This document shows, piece after piece, positions 35,982-46,023 of a DNA stretch of 55,846 bases. The notes under the pieces were generated by a model. It had not been told where the DNA came from and ran no database searches. It was given only the letters and a program-made list of their open reading frames with translations. The first letter of the stretch is position 1. Every line of letters starts with the position of its first letter. The stretch comes from a virus (taxonomy: Duplodnaviria; Caudoviricetes). The stretch spans positions 1 to 55,846 of IMG/VR virus record IMGVR_UViG_3300042471_001765; one strand, 5' to 3'. The position numbers and the translations under genes are program-made.

Positions 35982-35999
35982 CCCCATTATATCACAGCT

Positions 36000-36581
36000 T
36001 CACACCGTGGCAACAGTGATCGCTTGGGGCTGATTTTGATATTTGCCAGAGCGATCGGCGTAAGTGGTTTGGCATGGTTCTCCTTCTAAAAATAGAAGCT
36101 GTATCACCCCTTCATTAGCATAGATGCGACAATCAGCACTGGAAGCGTTGCTAAATTCCAGGGTTAAAAATCCTTCCCATGAGGCTTCCGCTGGGGTGAT
36201 GTTTGCAATTATCCCACACCGTGCCATGGTTGATTTGCCAGTACAAATAACTGTGATATTGGCAGGTACGCACAACCTTTCTAAAGAGACACCCAAAGCG
36301 TAGGAGTTAGCAGGGATAATAAAAAACGATCCATCTTCATCTGTCCGCAGGGTGGCAGGTTCTAGGTTGTCAGGGTTAAACCGTTTAGGGTTAACAATCG
36401 TCCCTGGAATATGCCTAAAAATGCGAAAGTCTGTAGGAGCCAACCTTAAATCATAGCCATAGCTAGACAAGCCATAACTAATAACTCGCCTATCTTCAAC
36501 CATCCGCACCATAGAACCTTCAAAGGGCGCGATCATCCCTTGTTTGGCTTGTTCAATAATCCATTTATCGTTTTTCAGCAT
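36000..36581 (-). CDS. dcd: dCTP deaminase
   Basis: ISYGLSSYGYDLRL, GKST.ARCGI, TPAEA.WEG.LTLE and YADR.GKYQ.Q motifs. Confidence 0.95.
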   Translation of the reverse strand: MLKNDKWIIEQAKQGMIAPFEGSMVRMVEDRRVISYGLSSYGYDLRLAPTDFRIFRHIPGTIVNPKRFNPDNLEPATLRTDEDGSFFIIPANSYALGVSLERLCVPANITVICTGKSTMARCGIIANITPAEASWEGFLTLEFSNASSADCRIYANEGVIQLLFLEGEPCQTTYADRSGKYQNQPQAITVATV

Positions 36582-36973
36582 TAGTAAGTTAGTAAAAACG
36601 TTTCTAATTCTTTTAAAAAAGTTTTCAGCAAGTCAGGAGGTACTGGATACTTCTTGTCATCTGGAATCTTCCTATCCCATTCCCGCCAGTCAATTTCTAA
36701 TTCTGTTGCCACCTTGCCATCAAGACTTACGTCACCCGGAGCTAAAACCCGGAATGACAAGCCATAATCTCTAATGGTGTCAGCTACCCTCTCAGGTAGA
36801 TTAGTTAGGAGTGACTCCACAAACATGGAATTATTACGGTAAACTGCCCAAGCGATCAGAGTTTTAATCCATCCCTCGTCTGATAGATCATCTAAAATCG
36901 TCCTACCTCGATACATTGCTCTTTGGAGAGCAATGACCGCTTTGATTTTCTCGTTTACAATTTCCACCTGCAT
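36581..36973 (-). CDS. Hypothetical protein
   Basis: Coupled to dcd. Confidence 0.6.
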   Translation of the reverse strand: MQVEIVNEKIKAVIALQRAMYRGRTILDDLSDEGWIKTLIAWAVYRNNSMFVESLLTNLPERVADTIRDYGLSFRVLAPGDVSLDGKVATELEIDWREWDRKIPDDKKYPVPPDLLKTFLKELETFLLTY

Positions 36974-37007
36974 AATAAAGCAGCAACAATTATTATTCTA
37001 CCAATTA

Positions 37008-37292
37008 TCACTGCTTTATAGCATCCTGCAAGTTTTTCCAAAATTCTGGTGATGTCCCCAAAACTTGAGAAAGTTCCATGGCTACGTCGGTGGTAATTTG
37101 CTTATTTCCACAAATAATTTCATCAATGTTTTGCCGATCGCACCCCATAAAATCGGCTAGGTCTTTCCGTGTCCATCCCCGCGCTTCTAGTTCTCGATTT
37201 AAAATTCTCCCTAGACTTGGTGATCTTGCAGGTTTTTGGTTCATGTGTTTAACATTGCTAGGCTTTGACTTTGCTTGTACCTCCACTTCCAA
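37008..37292 (-). CDS. HigA-like HTH antitoxin (orphan)
   Basis: GRILNRELEARGWT.KDLA...KQIT.DVAMELSQVLGTSPEFWKNLQ. Confidence 0.8.
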   Translation of the reverse strand: MEVEVQAKSKPSNVKHMNQKPARSPSLGRILNRELEARGWTRKDLADFMGCDRQNIDEIICGNKQITTDVAMELSQVLGTSPEFWKNLQDAIKQ

Positions 37293-37349
37293 TGCGATCG
37301 CTTGACCCTCATGTACACACCTTTGTACCAGATATCTGGGATAAAACCA

Positions 37350-38174
37350 CTAACCTTGATTTCCATACAACAATTCTAATTGCTCCGTAGGGTTGTCTTT
37401 ATGCCAAGCGTCCACGCGATCGCAGATCATTTGATAATATTCTGGATGCTGTTCAATGCAGATATAATTCCTATTTGTTTCCAGACACGCGATCGCGGTT
37501 GTGCCACTGCCAGCAAATGGGTCAAGTACAATCATGTTTTCATTAGTTGTAAATTCTATCAGTGGCTTGAATAAACTAATGGGTTTCTGTGATGGATGCT
37601 CGGTTTTTTCTTTGTGTTTCATCGTTGTTTTATTGGGTGCTTCAATAACATTTGTCTGGTATCGCCATCCCTCATTATTTTGTATATATCCTTGCTTAGT
37701 CCACGCACTTGTATTTGCTCTAGATAAACTATCTTTACCATCTCGCAAATATCCAGTATTGTTTTGTTTTTTAATATAAGGTTTACCAGGAACCATCAAC
37801 TTATTAAAAACTAAATTACTTATTTTGTGTTTTGGGTGAGCAAAAACGCCATAAAGCTCTGATTTACTCATAGGCTTTTTGGCAGTAGCAGTTCTCATTG
37901 TTCCTTGTGGCTTGAGCCACACACCAGTCCATCTGGTATTAAATACCGTGGACATCTTGGCTAACAACTCGAATGATCCGAATGAGATTAAAAAGCCATC
38001 GGGTTTACATACTCTCAAGCACAGTTGCAGCCAAGCATCAACATCAAAGCCAACCTTGTCAAAGAATAAATCGGTAGTCATGTAAGGCGGGTCTGTTAGG
38101 ATTAGATCCGCGAAATTATCTGGCAGTGTGGGTAGGATATCAAAACAATTACCGTGCAAAATTTGAGATTTCAT
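37350..38174 (-). CDS. N4/N6 DNA methyltransferase (beta class)
   Basis: DLILTDPPY...HPSQKP...VLDPFAGSGTT. Confidence 0.92.
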   Translation of the reverse strand: MKSQILHGNCFDILPTLPDNFADLILTDPPYMTTDLFFDKVGFDVDAWLQLCLRVCKPDGFLISFGSFELLAKMSTVFNTRWTGVWLKPQGTMRTATAKKPMSKSELYGVFAHPKHKISNLVFNKLMVPGKPYIKKQNNTGYLRDGKDSLSRANTSAWTKQGYIQNNEGWRYQTNVIEAPNKTTMKHKEKTEHPSQKPISLFKPLIEFTTNENMIVLDPFAGSGTTAIACLETNRNYICIEQHPEYYQMICDRVDAWHKDNPTEQLELLYGNQG

Positions 38175-38209
38175 AATATATTCAGTTAGTAGCCCATGGA
38201 GTAACTTAA

Positions 38210-38497
38210 ATGTACGGTAAACCAATACTAGATTTTATTGAGAAGAACTGGAATAATTCAACCAAATTAAGTCACTTAATAGATAGAACTATTCTCACAG
38301 AAGATGGTGTTTTTAGCCATCATTTTAAGAAGAAACTTGAGCCATTTAGTCCCGCTGAATGGGTAGAAATTGAAGTAATTAACTCCAAAATTACCCGGAT
38401 TAGAACTTTTGCTGGACTGTGGAGTAATTACGGCTACCAGGGAACACAAATATTTGATATTAAAGTTAATTCCCTGGTTGACCCCTTAACTGACTAA
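38210..38497 (+). CDS. Hypothetical protein
   Basis: GGAG RBS; fills the gap on the opposite strand. Confidence 0.45.
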   Translation: MYGKPILDFIEKNWNNSTKLSHLIDRTILTEDGVFSHHFKKKLEPFSPAEWVEIEVINSKITRIRTFAGLWSNYGYQGTQIFDIKVNSLVDPLTD

Positions 38498-40728
38498 GGC
38501 AACAAGCACTTGTCAGAGTCGCAGCCAATGGGTCCGGCTTCTGTTGCATCACCAAAATCGTGACGACGTAACAGAGCCTGGAAGTCATTACTAATACGTC
38601 TGTTCTCTACCTCTTGAATTAATGCAAGATAGGTATTTTTATTAATCGGCTCAAAAGGCATTCTAGGGAAGGATTGTAAATCATCAAATCTCGCTAAGAT
38701 AGCAGCCGAGATATACCCCTCATCTTCCTTGATAGCTTCATAAATCCGCTTACCTAGGGTTTCCACCTCGTGCGATCGCACCTCTATAGTTGCAGAGGTA
38801 TTGTGGGTTGTGTACCACTTTTGCACCTGCATATAAAAGTCAAATTGAGCCAATGCAGAAAACTTAGAAATATCGATGTTATCAGCCCCCGGCAGGTCAG
38901 CCCAAGATACAGCCACGGGAATTTCCACTAACCACTCAGACACCCTTGGATCATGGGGGTCATTGAGTAGCACACCGTTATCGTCTTTATCTGATTGAGA
39001 AGGAATAACGTTGTAGCCATAGTCGATGCAGGCTAAAGCCACCGGGTCATTTTTTCTAAAGGTAATGCGACGAATAAATCTTTGAGCCTTTGGAGGATGC
39101 CAGCCTGGACTAGCACCGGTTAAAAGTGATTTTGTGCCACTAGGTTGTACAGTAGTGCATCGGTTGGGGCGCTTGAGGTTATGGCGATCGCAATAATCCC
39201 AAACAACCGTATGCACTAGCTCCTTCCATCTTCCTAAATAAGCCGATTCTTTTAGTTTAAAATCTTGTCCCTCTGGTGTATCTGGTCTCCCATCTTGCCA
39301 CCAATTAAGCCACCCCACACCGAAAGCATTAACAAAAAAGTCAAACAATCCAGTAAAGGATACCCCCACAATAGGATCCACTTGCCTGCTAAATTGATAT
39401 CGTGGCTCGGTAAACTTATGATGTAGCAGGGTAGCAGCAGAAATAGCAGCAGCTTTAAAAGCTTGTGCTTGCTCTTGATGATCCAGGGGATGGATATTAT
39501 TTAAATGAATTTCTGCCAAGTTGCAGTGGAAGTCACTACCGATAATTTCACCACAGGGATTTAATCCATAGCGCGCCAGTCTATGCTCTTTTTCGTGCTT
39601 TTTAAATCCTTCAAACTTAGGATCAAGCTGATCATCTTGATAATTGCGGATAAAGCGAGCCTTGTCTTCTGGTGTTACCAGAATATCCGCATTAGCACGA
39701 GCGATCGCCTCACCAGCCCACTGGATAGCTCCCTCACCCGTGTAATACTGAGATTCCACCGACTGTATACACTCTTCCAGGGTAGGTTTTTTGTGAAAAA
39801 TCCTGGTATGGTTAGCCATACGCAGTACATCTCGCTCCGGGTCAATACGCCAATTGCCATGATCATCTTGCTGCCACAAATCTTTTTTAGCGATCGCGGC
39901 TTCATCATCAGTGCTAATAAATTGTCTCATACCAGCACTACGCCTAATATTCCCAGCCACCACAGCGATCGCGGCATGATCAATAAGCAAGCAGCACTCC
40001 ACAGAAGTAAGCTTCCTGCCAATAGCACCATTAAGGATTTTGGCGATATTGATATACATATCCATCAGCTTTACCGGGTTAGCTACCCCGCCAAAGCCCT
40101 TTAATGGCTCCCCACTTGATCGAATATTCCCCAAGTCAATGGTTACTTTGCATTCCCCCGGTAAATCAGGGCTTGAAGACATCTGCAATAAACTAGTGTA
40201 TGAGTCTACCCAACCTTGTCTGCTATCCCCCACAGTAATCACAATCTCTGCTTCAGTCTTCGTTATCCGTGCTTTGAGGGTCGTTCTTTCTTGCCTGCGA
40301 TCGCTCGGTACTTCTCCTACTCTTGTTCCTAATACAACCTCTATGCGGTTGCGAATGACGGGCAATTTCACCGTATGCCGAGGCTCGATCACCGCACCGG
40401 TTCCCGAACCCATCATGGCTAAATTCATGATCAACCCAAAAGCCATCCAGTTGGATAGGGTGGTAGAAGTGCAATTGTAAGCCCCTGAATAATTGTTAGG
40501 ATCCTTAATCCATTGTGTTCCTCCTACCCATAGCCATCTACCACTAGGTAGAGCTTTAAAATCTCGCTGCATCCTACTAATTAGTTTCACTTCGTCTGGC
40601 GCGAGATTTCCTAATTTAGCCATATCTTCAATAGTGCGATCGCACACGTCCATCCATGACTCACGTCCATTAGGCGTTTGACGGCTATAAGTCCTGAAAA
40701 ATACTGGATTAGCTGTTGTTGTTAGCAT
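38494..40728 (-). CDS. nrdJ: Class II adenosylcobalamin-dependent ribonucleotide reductase
   Basis: VFFRTYSR, AYNC, AGNIRRSA, LNPCGEI, TTVQPSGT and C-terminal CDSDKC motifs. Confidence 0.95.
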   Translation of the reverse strand: MLTTTANPVFFRTYSRQTPNGRESWMDVCDRTIEDMAKLGNLAPDEVKLISRMQRDFKALPSGRWLWVGGTQWIKDPNNYSGAYNCTSTTLSNWMAFGLIMNLAMMGSGTGAVIEPRHTVKLPVIRNRIEVVLGTRVGEVPSDRRQERTTLKARITKTEAEIVITVGDSRQGWVDSYTSLLQMSSSPDLPGECKVTIDLGNIRSSGEPLKGFGGVANPVKLMDMYINIAKILNGAIGRKLTSVECCLLIDHAAIAVVAGNIRRSAGMRQFISTDDEAAIAKKDLWQQDDHGNWRIDPERDVLRMANHTRIFHKKPTLEECIQSVESQYYTGEGAIQWAGEAIARANADILVTPEDKARFIRNYQDDQLDPKFEGFKKHEKEHRLARYGLNPCGEIIGSDFHCNLAEIHLNNIHPLDHQEQAQAFKAAAISAATLLHHKFTEPRYQFSRQVDPIVGVSFTGLFDFFVNAFGVGWLNWWQDGRPDTPEGQDFKLKESAYLGRWKELVHTVVWDYCDRHNLKRPNRCTTVQPSGTKSLLTGASPGWHPPKAQRFIRRITFRKNDPVALACIDYGYNVIPSQSDKDDNGVLLNDPHDPRVSEWLVEIPVAVSWADLPGADNIDISKFSALAQFDFYMQVQKWYTTHNTSATIEVRSHEVETLGKRIYEAIKEDEGYISAAILARFDDLQSFPRMPFEPINKNTYLALIQEVENRRISNDFQALLRRHDFGDATEAGPIGCDSDKCLLP

Positions 40729-40914
40729 TTTAATTAATTGCTGGTATTGGTTGCGGGCTTGGGATTGGCGGTTTAGGAGTTCTTGGCTTCAAAGGAATTA
40801 CCTCGCCATAGGTATAAAAAACAAACATTGTTTTGCAGGATAAACTGTAAATATTTTACAATATTCTTAGGCTGTGGTGTTTTTTTTGATAACCACATTC
40901 TAAGGAGGCTTTTT

Positions 40915-41175
40915 ATGAAGAAGGATAGCTATTTAGGCAAGGGATACAGCATATTTTTTGCCTGTATAGTTTTAATATTAATCTTCTCATCTTCCTTTCG
41001 TGTAGAAATTAATTTGTTTGAAGAGAAAGCTAAGATCAAAATTCAATTAGTGGAAGTAAACCAGAGCGTGGTCACCGTTGGGCTTATGGTTGTTTCGTGC
41101 TTACTTGGTTTACCCTCTGATGAAATAGCTCACAAAATTGCTACTCTCTTAGGATACAAAAAAGAAGAAGATTAA
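40915..41175 (+). CDS. Small two-helix membrane protein (holin candidate)
   Basis: AGGAGG RBS, two hydrophobic segments and a charged C-terminus. Confidence 0.45.
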   Translation: MKKDSYLGKGYSIFFACIVLILIFSSSFRVEINLFEEKAKIKIQLVEVNQSVVTVGLMVVSCLLGLPSDEIAHKIATLLGYKKEED

Positions 41176-41535
41176 TGATATACTCAAAATGTAGATGTTG
41201 CCCTCACTCACACTTACACCATGCGTTAGAGATCACCCGCCGTCGGGTGTTTTTTTTTATTGATAAAACACTTGTCATAATTAAATTCATGTGTTATCTT
41301 AAATATGAGAGTCAGACCCAGACACAGAACTAATCTATATACTAATTGTTATTGCTACGCTGATCAAACCAGCCCTTGCAATCACCACCCGCCTCCGGGT
41401 GGTTTTTTGTTGCTGTAAATTCATCCTTGTAAATTTTTACAAGAGCTATCCAATATTGTCATATTGATCTAAGATATCTAAGATAGAATAAGTTGAGGCA
41501 CTGATCCACGCGTTCCACCCGCCTCCGGGTGGCTT
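41176..41535 (+). ncRNA. Three tandem promoter-short transcript-hairpin units (candidate sRNAs)
   Basis: Shared hairpin CACCCG-cc(g/t)(t/c)-CGGGTG at about 41236, 41386 and 41516, each preceded by a promoter-like element. Confidence 0.5.
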
Positions 41536-41543
41536 CCTGTTTC

Positions 41544-44282
41544 ATGATTAACCTAGAATCAATATATTTACAAGAAAAAGAAAATACTTATACTGCTCAT
41601 GCAGCAGAAATTCATCTAGACAATAATTACTATGCCACCCTCTCAGAAAATCAACTTCCAGCCACCACCACAGCCCTGGTAGTGGAACAACCTTCTTCCC
41701 CAATTACCATTCCTGATGATTGGGCAATGGTCACCACCGTCTTGGTGAACGGACGGCTTTACACCCTAGCGGAAAATCCAGAAGCTCCGGTAAACGGTGA
41801 ATTTGTTTACAATCCATTCACCCGAACCGTGGAAATATCCAGCGATCGCCCAGTCCGCTCCGTAATTGTTTACGGCTCCCAGCAAACCATCGACTTTTAC
41901 CCACCATTGCTACCACCACCATATCCGGCTATATTCTACCTCCTACCTTTAACAGGTACGGTACAAATCGATCGCAAATTTGAAGAGCAACCATCAGCAC
42001 AATTTCAATTTGAATCACGACTACCTAAGAGCTTTTTACAAAAAACATTCACACCTGGTAAGGAAATTGATTTATTCGGAATAGGCTTTAGAATTAATAA
42101 TTGTCAAATTACCGAGGAACCCAGATCAATTCACCCGGATCGGCTTTGCAGGGTAAGCGTATCTTTAGGTTCTAAATGGGAAAATTATTTATCTGAATTA
42201 TGTTTTTTACGAAGCAACGGTAAAAATCAACTGCCACTAGATCAACCGTTTTTAGATCCTGATTGTATCAACGAAATAGCACAGGAAACAGACAAGAACA
42301 AAACCACAAGCGTAAGCAGATTACTAGGTAAAATCAACATACCTTACAAAGGCGTAAGGCTAAAAGAAGTAGAAATTCCTTCAGATACTCCCATAGATGC
42401 AGTAGTTAATCCAGTGCAACTACTACAAGAGCGATTAAGGATCGCTCAAGCCTTTATCCGGTGGAGTAATTCCAGTGGAGTAGAAACCGTAAATTATAAA
42501 ACTTCTGGCAATTGGGTATACACAGAGAACCAAATACGGAGCGCCGTGTCTACCAGCTACGACGCGATCGCTAAAGCCAATAAAAATACACTTAGCTTTA
42601 CCAACATTAACCAGCCACCGCCAAACCCCAACACCTTTCCTAGTACCATAACAACCCCCAATCTGCAAGTATCAGCAAGTGACAATATAGCCTTAAATTT
42701 CGAGTACCCCAATACAGAGCTAACAGGTAAGTTTGCAGAGCCAAAAGAGAAAGAACCAGAGAAAGAAAAGAACCAAGACACCAAACCAAGATACGTAAAA
42801 AAAGACCTCAAAAGAGAGACACGCATAGATGGGGATGAGAGAGCCGATAGACCGTTAGAAGGCGTTACCTCCATTAGCACCATGAGCCTATGCTTTGATA
42901 TTGGTGGGCAAACTAAAACACGCTCCATAATCACTGAAGAAGGCGGAGCCACAATAGAAACTGTAGATGAAACTTGGGGTTTCGCCTTCAGGGGAGTAGA
43001 TATTTACGATGAAGAAAGAGAAAAGTACATGACCGGAAATGTCTATGGCTACTGGAAACGACTTAGATACATTAAGACCACATACAACTATGACCCTAAC
43101 TTTGGTTACCTCCTGTCAACCAACATCACCGGGTACAACACCGTAAGATACAAGCAAGAATCAGCACAGAACCCCGAAACCATTGACCTAGAACCTGATG
43201 ACCCTGACTATTCCCTGTATGATTTTTTCAGGATACCCATTACTGGCGGATCCCAGAGGCTCCTAAGATTAATGCCAGAATACACAAGCGCCAGTGACGA
43301 CGACTTCTCCGAGAAATATAAAGTCTGCAACCGTGACGGTACAAGCTCCATCGAAACAGCCCTAAACCCTAATTACGCACCCCCTTATTATGTGGAGTAC
43401 GAAAAAACAGAAACCGTTGGCTACCGTCGCCGACGTAATCCAGAAAATGACGATCGCGATCCCAACGAAGGCGATAAGCTCCTACCAGACTTAATCGTAG
43501 GGGAAGAATCTAACTATGAAGTTTTTACCCAGGTTACCCCAGCGGAATATGATTTTTACTTAGAGCTAGACAATGAAACTAGAACCATTGTGAGCAAAAG
43601 AGGCGAGCTAATCTCACCGCAAAAATTTGTGAAATTCACCAAAAAATTCAACGCTCAGGGACAAGCGATCGCCACCGCCGTAGAAGAAACATCCACAGAA
43701 GAAGGGACAGGAGAATTACCCCTAGCCCAGCGTCGCCCGGCTTTATATACCAAAGAAGAGCGAGACACGCCGGAGACCAAAAAAGACCCCGAACCCCAAC
43801 AGCAACTATATAAATACCTAATCCAATCCTCCGGACACACAGCCCACGATCCCATCAATGGTAGCGAGAGCTTCCCCCTTGCAACCACATTCAACGAAGC
43901 GTTCTTGGCTGCAAAGTGCAAACTAGCCATAGAGAATTGGCGTAATGGCTTTCGTGAATCCCTAGAAATTGATGGCAACTTGCAAATCAAAGAAGGCGAT
44001 CGCTTCAACTATTACTGTAATGGAGAATACCGCAGTCGGGTTGTGCTTAGTGCATCCACCACATTAAACATATTGGGTACGGTAGGGAGCGATCGCCGGA
44101 TCACAGCCACAACATCACTGACATTAGGTAATTATGTTTTCCCAAACTTAAATTTTAGTAAAATCAAACTACCCAAAAAACCAAAACCCAAGGAAGTTAA
44201 TTTTTTCCGATTCAACACCATAAATGATACTTTGGGACAAGTGAACTGGACAAGCATCCAAAGCCGACGTAATCCAAGATAA
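41544..44282 (+). CDS. Large putative virion (tail/baseplate) protein
   Basis: About 912 aa, acidic and Thr-rich, next to the tail-fibre cluster; no family recognised. Confidence 0.5.
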   Translation: MINLESIYLQEKENTYTAHAAEIHLDNNYYATLSENQLPATTTALVVEQPSSPITIPDDWAMVTTVLVNGRLYTLAENPEAPVNGEFVYNPFTRTVEISSDRPVRSVIVYGSQQTIDFYPPLLPPPYPAIFYLLPLTGTVQIDRKFEEQPSAQFQFESRLPKSFLQKTFTPGKEIDLFGIGFRINNCQITEEPRSIHPDRLCRVSVSLGSKWENYLSELCFLRSNGKNQLPLDQPFLDPDCINEIAQETDKNKTTSVSRLLGKINIPYKGVRLKEVEIPSDTPIDAVVNPVQLLQERLRIAQAFIRWSNSSGVETVNYKTSGNWVYTENQIRSAVSTSYDAIAKANKNTLSFTNINQPPPNPNTFPSTITTPNLQVSASDNIALNFEYPNTELTGKFAEPKEKEPEKEKNQDTKPRYVKKDLKRETRIDGDERADRPLEGVTSISTMSLCFDIGGQTKTRSIITEEGGATIETVDETWGFAFRGVDIYDEEREKYMTGNVYGYWKRLRYIKTTYNYDPNFGYLLSTNITGYNTVRYKQESAQNPETIDLEPDDPDYSLYDFFRIPITGGSQRLLRLMPEYTSASDDDFSEKYKVCNRDGTSSIETALNPNYAPPYYVEYEKTETVGYRRRRNPENDDRDPNEGDKLLPDLIVGEESNYEVFTQVTPAEYDFYLELDNETRTIVSKRGELISPQKFVKFTKKFNAQGQAIATAVEETSTEEGTGELPLAQRRPALYTKEERDTPETKKDPEPQQQLYKYLIQSSGHTAHDPINGSESFPLATTFNEAFLAAKCKLAIENWRNGFRESLEIDGNLQIKEGDRFNYYCNGEYRSRVVLSASTTLNILGTVGSDRRITATTSLTLGNYVFPNLNFSKIKLPKKPKPKEVNFFRFNTINDTLGQVNWTSIQSRRNPR

Positions 44283-44451
44283 CAACATGAACACCATAGA
44301 AGAAACCGCGAAACTCCTACACGACCTCCTACCACAGATTAAAAAACTAGAATCATCCATTGAAATCAAACTGCGTGGACAAGTGGTAAAACTTCCCATC
44401 CAACCCCAGCGATCACGTATCCAATCCAGGAATTACAAACAGTACCGATAA

Positions 44452-46023
44452 TCAAAGATAAATACTAATAGCCTCAATTTCTATGCTTTCCGGGTCAATG
44501 GTTTGTCCCTCCTCTAACCCAACATCTTGGGGATTTACCGCATTATCTACCCCCAAAGCATCGATTTTTAAATTAATAAATTTCGGCTCCCCTTTTTGGC
44601 ACTCATTCTCTACCACATTTAAAAGCCTTTTCTCCACACTAGCTTTAACTGGTTCAGTTTTAAGAATCTCTTTTAATCGTCGCCCGTCGATAAATTGTTC
44701 TAAATTGCAAATATAAAGCGTTTTGCCTTTAATATTAGCTCCGAGGTTGCTGATATAGTCATTAACGCATGGGTTGTCGCTAGAAACATAGCGATCGTAG
44801 GCAATGTAATCTGTTTGCCAGTTATTTCTAGTTGGAAGATTTGGTTTATTTAATAATTCTTCTTTTAATTTTCCGCTTGGCAACATCTCAAAACTTTTTA
44901 TCTTACACCAAGGTTGAAGAGGCAAATTAACCTCCATATTTACGGTTTCTTTCCCCGCTGGTATTCTCAACAAAACGCGAGACTCCTGTGCTGCCAGAAA
45001 AAAGCGGTAAAAATCATCTGTTCTTAGTGATATTATTTTTTTAGTTTGATCATTTACTTTTAAATAATAATGCTTCATTACTGTTTGTATTGGTCTATCG
45101 ACAGGCACACCTTCTATACTTAAACTGAATTCAGTAAACAAGGAACCTGTTAGCTTGCATTGAAAGTTGATTATTAAATAAATAAAATATACTTCATCCC
45201 TGGGTTCAAATTCTAGCGTAGTATTTAAAGAGTTTCCTTGGTATCTGGGGCTGTCTGATGCAAGTACGTTTACAGCTACAATCCATTCACCATCGCTAGA
45301 ATTTACACTGCCATTAATTGTTAATTCCGTTCTTTCGTAAATAGCCAAGCCATAAGTTCTTGCTTGAAATTCATCCGTTGGAAAAGTCTCAACAGTTATT
45401 GAATTACTAAAATACGGTGGAATCTCGCTATCAATTGGCACACCGTTAACAGATACTTTTTTAACGTCAACGGCGGAAAAGATGGGACTATTAGCGATCG
45501 CTTCTTCACGAGAAGACCACCCCGGAAGTTGAGAACCGTGATCGTAGTTGTACTTCCATCCCTCGTATTCTTCTTCTTTTACTTCATAGCCGGAAGTCCT
45601 AATAAAGTAATAAGGCCTCCCCGCGCACAATTTTCGATATATAGATGTATCTGGAATATAGAACCATCTATCGCTACAAATACAGGGACGTTCTTCTTCC
45701 ACAACCTCAGTGACACTGTACAGTATTGCCACTATTGGCTCTTTTTTGGCTTCACTCTGTACAGTCCTTCTGTAGCTGATTTGCCGGCTATTATTTACCT
45801 CACTCCTTACGTCACCGCCGGTAATATACCATTGTCCATCGTCAGCCAGGAAGCTCGTACATTCCCCCGGTGCTAAATCCTTAATGCAAGTACCTTGGAT
45901 GCTTCCCTTTGATGTCTTGATCCAGATTTTTTCTCCAGCCCTACCCCCAGAAGTAGTACCACTGCGGATCTGGTTAAGTACGGTGTCTCCTAGTAGGTTT
46001 TGTATCTCTTGATCGCCAATCAT
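44452..46023 (-). CDS. Hypothetical protein, tail module
   Basis: Last gene of the coupled tail operon. Confidence 0.6.
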   Translation of the reverse strand: MIGDQEIQNLLGDTVLNQIRSGTTSGGRAGEKIWIKTSKGSIQGTCIKDLAPGECTSFLADDGQWYITGGDVRSEVNNSRQISYRRTVQSEAKKEPIVAILYSVTEVVEEERPCICSDRWFYIPDTSIYRKLCAGRPYYFIRTSGYEVKEEEYEGWKYNYDHGSQLPGWSSREEAIANSPIFSAVDVKKVSVNGVPIDSEIPPYFSNSITVETFPTDEFQARTYGLAIYERTELTINGSVNSSDGEWIVAVNVLASDSPRYQGNSLNTTLEFEPRDEVYFIYLIINFQCKLTGSLFTEFSLSIEGVPVDRPIQTVMKHYYLKVNDQTKKIISLRTDDFYRFFLAAQESRVLLRIPAGKETVNMEVNLPLQPWCKIKSFEMLPSGKLKEELLNKPNLPTRNNWQTDYIAYDRYVSSDNPCVNDYISNLGANIKGKTLYICNLEQFIDGRRLKEILKTEPVKASVEKRLLNVVENECQKGEPKFINLKIDALGVDNAVNPQDVGLEEGQTIDPESIEIEAISIYL

